Source of the DNA: Octopus vulgaris
Lineage: Eukaryota
NCBI GenBank assembly: GCA_951406725.2
Contig: OX597814.1
Coordinates: 114,080,001-114,144,000 of the forward strand
DNA length: 64,000 nt
Direction of reading: 5' to 3'
Shown here: positions 40,485-53,014 of the stretch, in pieces
How positions within the stretch are numbered: the first letter of the stretch is position 1
How the letters are laid out: every line of letters starts with the position of its first letter
Position numbers and translations under genes: made by a program
Notes under the pieces: model-generated
The model's input: the letters and a program-made list of their open reading frames with translations, nothing else
What the model was told of the DNA's origin: nothing
Database searches by the model: none

Positions 40485-40544
40485 ATTCAATTGATGACGG
40501 TAAAGCTTATCTAAAGCAGAACCAGAAATCCTTGGATCTTGAAT
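40485..40544 (+). ncRNA. Hammerhead motif homologous to 9208-9266
   Basis: AUUCAA-uUGAUGA-c-GGU aaa GCUU aucua AAGC aga ACC-a-GAAA UCC uu GGA U C-UUGAAU. Confidence 0.75.
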
Positions 40545-40687
40545 TATTCAATAATTTTTGCTTGTATGTTTTGTCCCTCCGCTTTGCCTCATGGTGCGAT
40601 ATGAACATTTAACGTGGTACTATAGTCAGTGTTTCGACTGCTATTTCGGCATGTTGGTGTCTTTTAGACACCCTCATTTTTAATTGT

Positions 40688-40719
<32 letters not shown>

Positions 40720-41797
40720 TACGACTGGCTTCTTTCAGTTTCCGTCTACCAAATCCACTCGCAAGGCTTTGGTCGGCCCGAGGCTAAAGTAGAAGACACT
40801 TGCCCAAGGTGCCATGCAGTGGGAATGAACCTGGAACCATGTGGCTGGTAAGCAAGCTACTTACCACACAGCCACTCCTGATTGCTTATTTTTAGAACGA
40901 CATTGTAGGGTAGGTGTGAGAGGCCGAATCCAACCAATTTGAACATAAAATATATAGGATATTTAGGCCAGCTTTAGCCAGTTTCAACGCCAAAGAGTTA
41001 AAGAACTGCATCTCACTAATAAAAGCTGTCTTGATAGTGAGAATGCCAAAGTTTCAGGCCACTGTGAATATCTAATGTTGGAGACTGTCACATTTATTAT
41101 CAAAGGATTCGTGCAAAATTACACTCCTGTCAGTTTAAGTGTACAATTTCAGTTATTTTGTGTGTTAAATGTCTAGTGTACTTTTTTTCTATTCTCTGCT
41201 GAGTAAGAGAAATGGTGTTGCACAGAACAAACAACTTTGTTTGTTTTCACAGAAGACATAAAACAGACCAGAAGTTTTATTGGATGCTTTTTATTTATTT
41301 ATATGGTTAATTTCCTGTTTAAATAGATGTATATCAATAGTTGTGGACAAAACAGAGCCTAAAAGAGGTGAGAGAGAGAGAAAGAGAGGTAGAGGGAGAG
41401 TTTGAAGTAACGGATGAGAAAAGTGTGTTGTGGAAGATCTAGAGAGTGAGACACAAAATGGGTAGATTTTAATGGTTTTGCCAGAAAAGGAAGGGTAAAA
41501 CCTATGACCTTATAAAAGACCTCTGACATTGATGGGTGGAAGGTTTTATTCAAACCAGACACCTTACCTGAATAACCTTCACTGAAGGCACTAAAAGATA
41601 CCGATGGCTTACGTAGTGGTGTTAAACTGGTTAAGCGTGGCTGTGTGGTTAAGAAGTTTGTTTCCCAACCACATGGTTTTGGGTTCACACCCACTGCATG
41701 GCACTTTGAGCAAATGTCTTCATCTACAGACCCAGCCTAACCATAATGTTGTGAGAGTGGATTTGGTAGACAGAAAGTGACAGACACCTGTCATATA

Positions 41798-43039
41798 TAG
41801 GGTGCGTAAGATATTTGAGGACAGATTTATGTTTATAAAAAAATATATATAATACCAGATAATAACTTTATTTATCAAAAATGCTATAAAGGATAAAAAT
41901 AAACCTTTTTTTCTATAATGTTATTCAATAAAGCCACCTTCAGCTTCAACAATTGCTTCTGTATGAGATCTAAATCATCCACATGCTCGAATCAAGTGGT
42001 CCTGGTTCATTTTGGACATTACTCTGACTATGGTAGCTTTCAAAGAATCTTTGGTGTTATGGGGATGTTCATTGGCCTCTCTTTCAACAACACTCCATAT
42101 GTAATAGTCCAATGGATTGAGATATGGGGAATTAGGAGGCCAAATGTTAGGGGTTATGTGATCATGAGAATTTTCAGTCATCCATTCCTGTGCTACTAGA
42201 GCCATGTGTAATAGTGCAGAATCTTACTGAAACACATCTGGTCTTCCATTGCATACACTGTCTATCCAGGGCTTAACAATTATTTCCAGGACCTCAATGT
42301 AGCAATGTAGGCAGCAGAGTTAACTCTAAGGCCTTGTGGAAAGAAGTAAGGAGACATCACATGTCCATTGCTGACACCCCTAAAACCATGACAGATGCAG
42401 GAAATTTTGTATGCATAACACTTGGAACTTCAGAAGGGTCTGCACATAACCATCTATCATTTCTTCTGTTAACTTTTTGATCTTGGTCAAAGTTTTTCTC
42501 GTTTGAGAAAACCCAAATCAAATCTTCTGCTGGATTTTTCAATTAGTTTAAGAGCCTTTTAGATCTGATGTAGTGATTTTCTTTTTCTGACAAATTGACC
42601 TTCCCCTCATCATATAAGACTTATATCTGATGTCTTCGTAGACAACATTTCTGACTGTTCTTTCTGACACATGGAGATCTTTTGCAATTGACCTCATGGA
42701 CTTTCTGGGATTGTAATCAATGGTCTGTTGAACTTTATGGATAAATTCAGATATTCTGATGATTTCAGAGTGTTTAGAATGCTTTGATACTGGTGATATG
42801 TTTCCATCTTCAGTCTCTAGTTCCTTACAAACTTTGTAGACAGAAGATTTGGCAAATTGAGATATTTCTAAATCTCTTTGCTGAGCCTTTATAACCACAT
42901 TAACAGCATGTCTCTTCATTTCTTGAGTAAGTTGAGCGTCTGCCATTATTACTTTCTGAAACAAAGATTATACAGAGTTGGCAAAAAGTGCAGCAATGAC
43001 CCCAAAAAAGGTATGTCCTCAAATACCTTATGCACCCTG
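41798..43039 (-). mobile_element. Near full-length decayed Tc1/mariner (maT-like) transposon
   Basis: TIRs (C)AGGGTGC.TAAG.TATTTGAGGACA with TA flanks; frameshifted transposase with WVFSNEKNF, VFQ*DSA and WPPNSPYLNPLDYYIW. Confidence 0.9.
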
Positions 43040-43163
43040 TATATACCATCCTCGTTGTCATCATCATCATTTAACGTCTGCCTTCCATGCTGGCATGGGT
43101 GGGATGGTTTGACAGGAGCTGGCCAGGCCGAAGCCTGCATTAGACTTCTGTCTGTTTTATATA

Positions 43164-43542
43164 CAGTAGAACCTCACAGTATGAGTGCACCATTGCATGA
43201 GTAATGTGCTGTATGAGCCAAGACATGCAACTTTTTGTCTTGCAGTACGAGTGGAAATCCACAGGATGAGCACACACATTGTCCCATCTTTAAGGTAATT
43301 CATTTAATAAAACCAGCTTACATTCTTTTGCATTCTCTGTTTTATAATTGTCATTTTACTTGTAACTACACCTTTTCTGTTTTAAAACCCATAAAAAATT
43401 ATTTTTGAGTGGTTTTGTGGGGCTGGAACAGATTAATTATATTCTAGTTAATTTCAATGGGGAAAATTTTTTGTAAAATGAGTAAATCATAAGACAAGCT
43501 TGGTCATGGAACGAAATAAACTTGAAGAGCGAAGTATCACTG
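43164..43542. mobile_element. pogo/Tigger-type MITE (decayed)
   Basis: TA-CAGTAGAACCTC... / ...CGAAGTATCACTG termini. Confidence 0.5.
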
Positions 43543-46500
43543 TGTGTGTGTGTATGTGTGCGTGTGCGTATATATATATATATGTCCTTTTATTCTTTTA
43601 TTTGTTTCAGTCATTCTGTTTTGAACCAGTAGACGATGGATCAAATATCGCTGTTTTTTTTACCTTTTATGTCTTGCAGGTACTTGGTGACCCTGTCAGT
43701 GCAGGTACCACCTAAAAGCAACCAGTCCACACTGTAAAGTGGTTGGTATTCAGAAGGACATCCAACTGTAAAAACCTTGCCTAAACTTGTTCAACATAAA
43801 AAGCACTACTCACCTTGCCTGTGCTTGTTATCATCACCATCCAGTGTTTTAAATCTGGGTTTTGTCCCTAGTAACGGGAGTGGCTACCTCAATGCCATAG
43901 CAACTGAGATAGGCAGGTGCAGCCCACCCCGACCTTTGGGCTGGCTGGTGCCCATTCTCCTTTGTTATCATGAGGCCTTTTTGGAGCTGCATTTTCTACA
44001 GGGTGCATGTCCCTGCTTACCCCCGACCTCAGTTTCTAGACATGAGTGGTCCCGAGACCAAGGCCTCTACCATGACTTTTAAAAAATGTTGTGGAAAACT
44101 TGCTCAGGAAGGCAGGGACGCTACTCACTGAGATCTCTTACAGTCCTATTTGCTGAACTGCAAAGTTATATGGATGTAAAGAAACCAGTACCAGTTATCA
44201 AGTGGTGGGAAGGGACAAATAATACACAAAGACACACACACACACGCTGTATTTATATGTATGATGGGCTTCCACACAGTTTCAGCCTATCAAATTCCCT
44301 CATGAGACATTGGTATGCATCTATAATTTGCATTTACACATATATATTTTTGCATTTGTAAATGCAAAATATCCTTCCTCCTACTATGTATGATAGCTTG
44401 AAATTATAACATTATCACTAACTATTTACATCATTAGCATAAGTGAAACCGGTTGACCATGTAAATATTTTATTTCGTGAAAATATACATATTTTTACCA
44501 ACATAAAATTTCGTATATATATATATATTTATACACATACACAATTCATTGATGTAAAACTGTTGAAGACAAAAGCAAGGGTTACTTCAGATCACTCCTC
44601 ACATTTCAGAGTATAGAGAAGAAAGTGATGTGAAGTGACAGCCCTTCCTTAGCTGAATGATTCCATATTGTAGGAATCTCTTACTATAAATATCAGAGCT
44701 TTGAATCCAACCGAGGCACATATTTCACCTTGGAATAGAAAAATATTTCAGCTAATAAAGTGAATTATCGAAGACTGCTATTTCTGTAATTTGATGAATA
44801 TAATTAATTAATTAACCAACTAATTAACTAGATTAATAATTGAAGAAAGAAAATCTCATGCACACACACACACACATATGTGTGTATGTATGTCTGTATG
44901 TGTGTGTGTATATATATATATATATATACATACACACACTCACACATATATACCTGTATACATACATATGTATTGATGCATATGTGTAAATATATGCATA
45001 TGCATTATGCATGTGTGTATATGTATTTTATGTGTGTATTTATATATTCTATATACATGCATGTGTGTGTATATATGTATGTGTATACACACACACACAC
45101 ACACATACAGAGAGAGAGAGAGAGAGAGAAAGGGGGTGCACAGTGGGAATGGTTAGAGGCAGATGGAAGCAAATAGCTCAACTGACAGAAAACTAAATAA
45201 ATAAATAAATAAATAAATAAACAAATAAATAAATAAAACAAACAAACAAACAAAGCCAAAAATATTGACAAAGCATTGGAAGAAAACATGAAAGAGTTTT
45301 ATTGATTGCTGCCGGCAGAAGGTCATTTCAAACTCAAACAATCAACACATCATTCACACATATTATCCAACATCGAAATATCACTGACTGACCTTTATTC
45401 TGTACAACAAAACAATCAAACTCGAAGATCATTGTGTTTCTGATAGTAATTATTCAATATGGCTGCTCCGATCTCTTGATCTCACCTCCCCCCTTCCACC
45501 CCCCTGCTCCGCCTGCCCCCTCTCTCTCTGTAGACTTTTGCTTTTGCCCCTTTTGTTTGCAGTTACGTAGATGCATCTAGGCACTTGCTTATTTCAAATG
45601 AAAATTTGCTTGAATGAGAAAACTCCTATAAAGAACTTGTAAATCATTTAACAAGATTTTAATTCCATTTCAAGTGTGGCTATGTTGTTAAGAAGCTTAC
45701 TTCTTGGCCAAGCGGTTTCAGGTTCAAATCTCCTGTATCGTAGCTTCAGCTTAGCGTCTTCTTTTGCTCTGAACTGACCAAAGTATTGTGGGTGGAATTG
45801 GTTGGTAGAAACTGAAATAAATCCTCATATACATGCATACCTACATACGGTGTGTGCGTATATCTTTTTCTTGTTTCAGTCATCAGACTGTGGCCATACT
45901 GAGGCACCACCTTGAAGAAGTCTAGTTGAATGAATCAACCTCAGTATTATTTTTTAAGCCTGGTACTTATCCTATCGGTCTCTTTTTCCAAACTAAGTTA
46001 TACACATACACACAATGTACTGTTCTGTGATGATAAAATCAAGAAAAATGTAATTCATCTGGTGGATGATGATGATGATGATGAATACATATTTTTATGT
46101 GTTATTAGTTTCATGTGCTAAGAACATGACAAACATGGTTTTATAACATGTCTGACATCTTGGCACAGTCATCAGGCACTGTCCACATGATTATGCTGAG
46201 ATGTCAGATAATAAAAAAATGTTTGGCATTTTCTCAGTACACAAAACTAATAGTAGCTCACAAAAACATGTATTGTGTTTATTAAATATATTGTGTGTTA
46301 ATATCATGTGAGCTGGCAGAATTGTTAGCACACCGGGTGAAATGTTTAGCGGTATTTTGTCTGCCATTATGTTCTGAGTTCAAATTCCGCCGAGGTTGGC
46401 TTTGCCTTTCATCCTTTCAGGATCAATTAAATAAGTACCGGTTACGCACTGGGGTCGATGTAATCAACTTAATCCCTTTGTCTGTCCTTGTTTGTCCCCT

Positions 46501-47019
46501 CTATGTTTAGCCCTCTTTGGGCAATGAAGAAATAAATATCATGTGATGGTTGTAAATGACCATCACCACCATACAGACAACATTGCTACTTTCCTGTCTT
46601 TCATGAAGAACATTTCTGGCTTTAGGGAAATATCATCTTGCTCAAAAACAGGTGAAGTTTAGTGACAGGAAGGGCATCCAACTGTGGAAAATCTGCCTCA
46701 ACTAATTCCGTATGACCTTTGCAGGCATGGAACAGTGGATGTTAAATGATAACTACCAAGAGAAAATCTTTCAATCATTAGTCCTGTTATCTCGGTCAAA
46801 TCTATCAATATATAAAATGTATCAGACTCTGAGTAAAATTGACAAACAAGGACTTGTTGGTGTCAAACTTACCTTATTGCTTTACAAATTTTTACAGTTC
46901 CAGTGATGGATTGGATCTGTAGTCTTAAAATTAGTTTTTACCTTTCTGGTTTTGAGAAGCCTAATTTCTCAAGATTAATATTTAGGGTGTGTCTGTTTGC
47001 TGTCAATCAACCAGTCACC

Positions 47020-47234
47020 ATTTACATTCTTTACATTTGACAGATATTTGTCCTCATCTTGTTTGTTGTTAACACTTTTCAGCTGATATACCCTCCAGCC
47101 TTCATCAGGTGTCTTGGGGAAATTTCGAATCTGGGTTCTCATTCATAAGACATTTTACAATGTTATTATTATTATCATTATTATTCAGGTCGGAATCTTG
47201 GGGTTAGTAGCCTGCGCTCTTAACCACAACGCCA
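47020..47234 (-). mobile_element. tRNA-headed SINE carrying a hammerhead core (47072-47112)
   Basis: Minus strand GGCGTTGTGGTTAAGAGCGCAGGCTACTAACCCC...ACAC-CUGAUGA-A-GGCUG gaggguauau CAGCU-GAAA a-GUGU. Confidence 0.7.
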
Positions 47235-48806
47235 TCTAATCTCCATTTTCCATGCTTGCTTGGGTTGGATGGTTTGACAAGGTCTGGTGTGCTGCAGAGC
47301 TGAATCAGGCCTCAATGTCAGTTTTGCGCATTTGTTTTCTGCAGCTGTATGTCTTTGCTAACACCAACCACTTTACAGTCTTTGCTGGGAGCATTTTTGT
47401 GACACAGGCACTAATGACGCTACAAAGACAAAGAAAAAGCCTCCTTGACTGAGGTGGGGGTGTGCATGAGAGATGGGAAGGTGGCTTTATGTCAGGTGGT
47501 CAAGACCAAAGAATAACAGGGATGAACCACAGGTGTCTTATGATAGAGGAGATACAATGCTACCCTGAATTATGTGAGGGTGTGTGAGATTAACTGGAAG
47601 GGAGATAAAAAATGGTGGAGGTAGGGTGCCAGATCATACTCTCATGATACAAGAAAGCGAGAATAAGGGAGACCATGGACAAGCAGAAGATCAGGAGGGA
47701 ATGAAAGGATGGGTAATTTCATAAGAGTCTGAATGGAAGGCATCAAATAGTCAGAGATGAATGTAGTGAGTTATGAAAAAAATGGGTGGTGTAGTTGATG
47801 GTAAATAGCAGTATGGGAGGAGAAGTGAGAGAAAAATGGAAGTGGTTCAAGAAGGAGATGACAAGTAGCAACTCAAGTGGAATGGAGATCAGCTGTGTCA
47901 TAAATTTATAAACAGATCAGAAAGTATGGAGATAATGTTCTGAGTGTGAGAGTGGAAGGGGGAGGTGATGAGGATGAACAGTGGAAAAGATGGAGGTTAG
48001 AGGCACATGAGGGTGGTTATAGTGATTGGAGCAACAAAGTGGAGGCATTGATGGTAGGTATGAGAGGGTGTTTAGAATGATAGCTGTTAGCAGAGGTTTT
48101 CAGATGAGATCTGACAGACCTAGGATGTAGCTCAGAGGGAAAGGAAAGACAACTGAAGGCACAGAAAAGGGGCACTGTTGGAAAGCAGCATAGACAGAGA
48201 TGGGAATGAAGGATAGGGTTTAAAAAGGGAGTGGTTCCAGTTGGAGGAAGGAGTAACAGGTTGTACAAAAGGGGGAGAGAATATGTGTTGATTCTGCTCT
48301 CAAATGGTTACAGCAGTTGAGTAGAGCTATAGTTTGAGGGCTGACTAGACTCTTCAACTGAGTAGGGTGTAGTATTGAGTATGTACTACAGTGGGACAAG
48401 AACAAATGTCGTGTTGAAGGTAAACACATGGCCAGGCAGGCACAAGGTGAATATGAAAGAGAGAATGAGAAAGAGGAGCAGAAACTGTGGCCAGATGGGT
48501 AAGTGCATTAAAGTGGAAAATGTGGCTGATGATTTGGGATTGAGTTGGACACAGTAGATATAAGTTTGGGGGAGGGTGAAGGAAATGAAACAGAGATGAC
48601 AGGAGACAGTAGTAGGGATACAGTATGTGGGGAAGGTTAGATAGGAAAATGAACATTAAATGATTATTTACAAATCTCAATGAAAATAAATTTTGTTAGA
48701 CTAATTAAACCAAATGTTTAGAATAAGTTGATTCCACGATGAGAAAGAACTACACAGAATGAGACATGTGAGAGGGAGAGTCACTGAAGAAGTCACAAGA
48801 TGTGTG

Positions 48807-48974
48807 ATGAAAGATTTCCAGATGAAGGACATGAAAGGTTTCTGGATGAAGGGCATGAAAGATTTCCAGATGAAGGCCATGAAAGATTTCCAGATGAAGG
48901 ACATGAAAGGTTTCTGGATGAAGAGCATGAAAGATTTCCAGGTGAAGGATATGAAAGATTTCCAGGTGAAGGAC
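48807..48974. repeat. 24-bp minisatellite x7 (ATGAAAGATTTCCAGATGAAGGAC)
   Basis: Seven units; units 2 and 5 share the GGTTTCTGG variant. Confidence 0.95.
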
Positions 48975-49669
48975 ATAAAATAAGAACAATAATAAATCTG
49001 GAAAAATGAATATATAATGCCTGTGTTTATTTACCCCCCTCCCCAAATGACCCTCCCAAAATATAATTATTCTACAATGATTGTTCATCAGTTTTCTTAA
49101 AGCTTAATTAATGTAATTATTATGGTGTTAATTACTTTGTATATGAATAAGAAATCATTACTGGTAATTTGTTCCTATTGCCATTATTAATTATTACCTA
49201 ATGATATATTTATAAACTTATAAAACACGGATATAATGTCTAACATCAGTCAATAACCTTATGGATTCTGCCTGCCATTCGTTTATAGAATGTTCCAGAG
49301 TAATTGACAAGAACAAGTTTCTCGTGTTGGTTCAGTATTGTAATTATGGTACTTGTCCTGTAATTTATCAGAAAGCTAAAACTTTATAAGAAGTGTTGTC
49401 TAGAAAACTGTTGTCTTTAAGACATATTGTTGTTATTTTGTAGATTGGTGTAGGATGGCTGGGTGGTTAAAAAGTGCTTCCCATCCTTGGTGTTCTGGGT
49501 TCAGTCCCACTGTGTGGCATCTTGAGTAAAGTATCTTCTAATATAGCCCTGGACTGTCCGAAGCCTTGTGAGGTAGATTTGGGAGATGAAAGCTGAAAGC
49601 AGTCCATCATATGTACGTGCGTTCATGCATGCATACATGCATGTATACATACTTACATACAGCTTGAAG

Positions 49670-50165
49670 AAGACAGTAGAATTGACATGAAGCACAGCCA
49701 CTCTTGGACACAAGACCTCTACATCACATCACACTTTGAAGGCTATGTGTTTGTAATCCAAGAACGGGGAGATTGCCACAAAGTACCTGGTGAACAAGAG
49801 AGACCGTGGTGCTCCTGTAATCCCAATGTGCAACTACGTGTAGGCTATGTCATGTTTCTGTGGAAGACATTATGCATGTGATTAGCAGCTGGCCTACAAT
49901 GTCATCACCTCCCTGTGCAGCACGATGTTGTTGCTAAAATAATTTACAATGCCATCTACAATAAAGACTGTCCTGAAATAAACTTAGAAAACCCCTCTGT
50001 TATGGAATGCATTCATAACACCAACTCAAGGAATACTGGTGGAATATTCCCATCAAAACGTCTGTCAAATGTAAGCATAACAGGCCGGATATTGTTGTTT
50101 GGGACAGAAGGGCAAAGGTATGTACCATCATAGAGGTCAGCTGCCCTGCAGATATAAAGCATCAC
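49670..50165 (+). pseudogene. RLE-type non-LTR retrotransposon fragment (R4/Dong/NeSL-like)
   Basis: CRLCHVSVEDIMHVISS (CCHC-like), QHDVVAKIIY, YWWNIPIKTSVKCKHNRPDIVVWD...CTIIEVSCP (PD..D..E endonuclease). Confidence 0.85.
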
Positions 50166-52542
50166 CCTAACCACTAAGCCTTGTGCCTCCACACTCTGTA
50201 ATTGTGGATTGGTAAAGTTGTTCAAATATCAGAGAGGAAGTCTTTCAGTATCTGTTCCAGTACTGTCTAAAGTTGAGACAGTGTCATGTGACAACTTGCT
50301 GGGGCTGCCTGCTGGAGCCTAGCAGCAGGTATTTAAAGGGAAATTTAACAAGACAGTCAGTCGCCCACTGACACTCGTTGACGCTACATCGAGGAGGCCA
50401 GGGAACAGAAGAAAGAAGACATGCACCCAACACCAGAGCTGAAGATACCTCCAAAAGGGGGGGGGGGTCACGTCAAAACGGTAGAGGAGTAGGGGCTGAA
50501 ACCGGACGTGGTTCCTCCTAATGATGTCTTGAGCTAACTGGATCCTATAAAGGAGCTGTTGTGGTAGTAGACCACGAAACACGGTTGAAATTCCTCATTG
50601 AAAATAGAAATCAGTGAGACTTCTATTAGGAGTTGCAACCAACAGACAGTCTCAACAAGTGAAAAACTAACAGAAGCATAGCTTCCTTGCTTTGATTGGA
50701 AGATCGTGTGTGAAAAAACATGATTTTGATATTTCCTATAATCAGTGGATTTTAATGTAAAATATTCTCTCTGTCTCCTGCAGTTTCATTATGTCATCAG
50801 CATTTATTGATGATCAGAGGACAACGGATTTAGCAATAGAGTTGTTATGCATTCTAAATCATATTTGAGTCCTAGCTTTATTTTTTTTTTTTTGCGTAAT
50901 TTCATAGAAGCACAAAATGTGATTTTAAAAATGTACAAGTTCTCCTGCATATTCGCTGCATTATATAAATATGTCACATTGGTACAAGTGTTAAGCAGGA
51001 TCAATAGGCTTTACTCTCCATTAACACATTACATAAATCTCTTGACTGAATGGAATTATTTTCAGTGATATCCTTTCAACTTTGAACATTGCAATAAGCT
51101 TGTTTCTATGAACAACCAACCGTTTTAAATGATATCTACAAATGTTCTAAATTCTGAAAATGTAGCATTAGTTCAGCATAATCACAAGCATTAGCTTTTA
51201 GGTGCAGGCATGCTTGTGTGGGAAGCACATGGTTCTGGGTTCAGTGCGACTGCATGGCACCTTTGGGCAAATGTGGAGGTGCGTGGCTTAGTGGTTAGGG
51301 GTGTCAGCATCATGATCTTAAGATTGTGGTTTCGATTCCTGGACCAGGCGACGCGTTGTATTCTTGAGCAAAATACTTCATTTCATGTTGCTCCAGTCCA
51401 CTCAGCTGTCAAAAATGAGTAACGCTGCGATGAACTGGTGTCCGTCCAGCTGGGGCACACATATGCCACTGAAACCGGGCCCATGAGCCTGGCTAGGCTT
51501 TAAAAGGGCACATTTACTTTTTTTTTTTTTTTTACCTTTGGGCAAGTACTTCTACTGTAGCCACAAGGTGACCAAAACCTTGTGAGTTGATCAGGTAAAT
51601 GGAAAGTGAGAGAAGCCTGTTGTAAAAACATATATATCCATCCCTTCAACTTCTCCACCCACTATTCCTAGGATAAAGGCTGCGAGCTGGCAGAAACATT
51701 AGCACGCCGGGTGAAATGCTTAGCGGTATTTCATCTGCCATTACGTTCTGAGTTCAAATTCCACCGAGGTCGACTTTGCCTTTCATCTTTTCGGGGTCGA
51801 TAAATTATGTACCAGTTACGCACTGGGGTTGATATAATTGACTTAATCCGTTTGTCTGTCCTTGTTTGTCCCCTCTATGTTTAGCCCCTTGTGGGCAATA
51901 AAGAAATAAGAAACATTAGCACATTAGCACATCTGTCTTTATGTTCTGAGTTCAAACTCTGCCAAAGTCAACTTTACCTTTCATCCCTTTGGGGGTCAAT
52001 AAATTAAGTACCAGTTGCATACTGAGGTTGATCTATTGTGGCCCTCTCCCACAAAATTTTGTGCCTTGTGCCTAGGGTAGAAAAAAAGAATGTCCTCAGT
52101 TACTGCCTCCATTGGGTCCTATCAGAAGCAACCATCATGAAATTTTGGGGCTGGGTTCCCAAACACAATCAGATGAGACTATGCATATCATCCAACAATC
52201 TTGTTCTACCCCTAGGGATCCTGGTTGACTTGGATTGAAGAAGCCATCTTATGATCCTTTGCTGTGATGTTCTAATTAAATATATATTTTAATATGTGTG
52301 TATCTGTGTCCATGACTTGACAGCTTCTATTGGTTTGTTTGCATCCCAGTAACTTAGTAGTTTGGATAAAAGAGACTGATAGAATAAGTACCGGGCTGAA
52401 ACAAGAACCAGTGTTGATGTATTCAACTTAACCCTTCAAGGCAGTGCCCCAACATAGCCGCAGTCCAATGACTGAAGCAAGTAATAAATAAAATATGTCT
52501 GGTTGTTATGTGTGTCAGCAGGATCAATAGATTCCCTATTAA

Positions 52543-53014
52543 CCCTTTTGTTACCAACCCGGCTGAAACCAGCTCTGGCTCTGAGTACAAATGTCTTGTT
52601 TTCATAAGTTTTGAATTAAAATCTTCCACCAAACCTTAGTCACAATTTATGTTCCTAACACTAACTGAATGATAACCAAGTTATTTTACGAAATTCTTTG
52701 TTATATTTAAAGTAATTGAAAGAGATACAGAGCATCTCAACAGAAATATGGTAACAAAAGGGTTAAAATATATAATAGAGAAACAATTCTTAACCCTTTT
52801 GTTACCAAACCTGGCTGAAACCAGCTCTGGTTCTGAGAACAAATGTCTTGTTTTCATAAGTTTTGAATTAAAATCTTCCACCAAACCTTAGTCACAATTT
52901 ATGTTCCTAACACTAGCTGAATGATAACTAAGTTATTTTACTAAATTCTTTGTTATATTTAAAGTAATTGAAAGAAATACAGAGCATCTCAAAATAAATA
53001 CAGTAACAAAAGGG
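52543..53014. mobile_element. Two tandem piggyBac-type MITEs (52543-52762 and 52794-53014)
   Basis: TTAA-CCCTTTTGTTAC ... GTAACAAAAGGG-TTAA, twice. Confidence 0.9.

Larger units (their letters stand above)
39753..40880 (-). mobile_element. SINE family A whose (TA)n core carries nested hammerhead-bearing elements (~40020-40690)
   Basis: SINE halves at 39753-39960 and 40720-40880. Confidence 0.8.

Noticed and set aside
45300-45620. Enhancer-like patch with AACAAT and AGGTCA/TGACCT motifs
   Set aside because: Short motifs are expected by chance in AT-rich DNA; conservation data would be needed.
47450-48650. Long purine-skewed tract
   Set aside because: Similar pyrimidine-rich sequence precedes the RTE-tail element at ~13100-13400, so it is probably degenerate repeat body; no ORF.
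48807-48974. CRISPR-like or coding (MKDFQMKD) interpretation of the 24-bp array
   Set aside because: Units are contiguous with no spacers, the context is eukaryotic, and several frames are open simply because the unit lacks stops.
50430-50600. Possible further hammerheads (CTGAAGAT... and GTGGT-loop-ACCAC-GAAAC)
   Set aside because: Stem I and a complete core could not be assembled.
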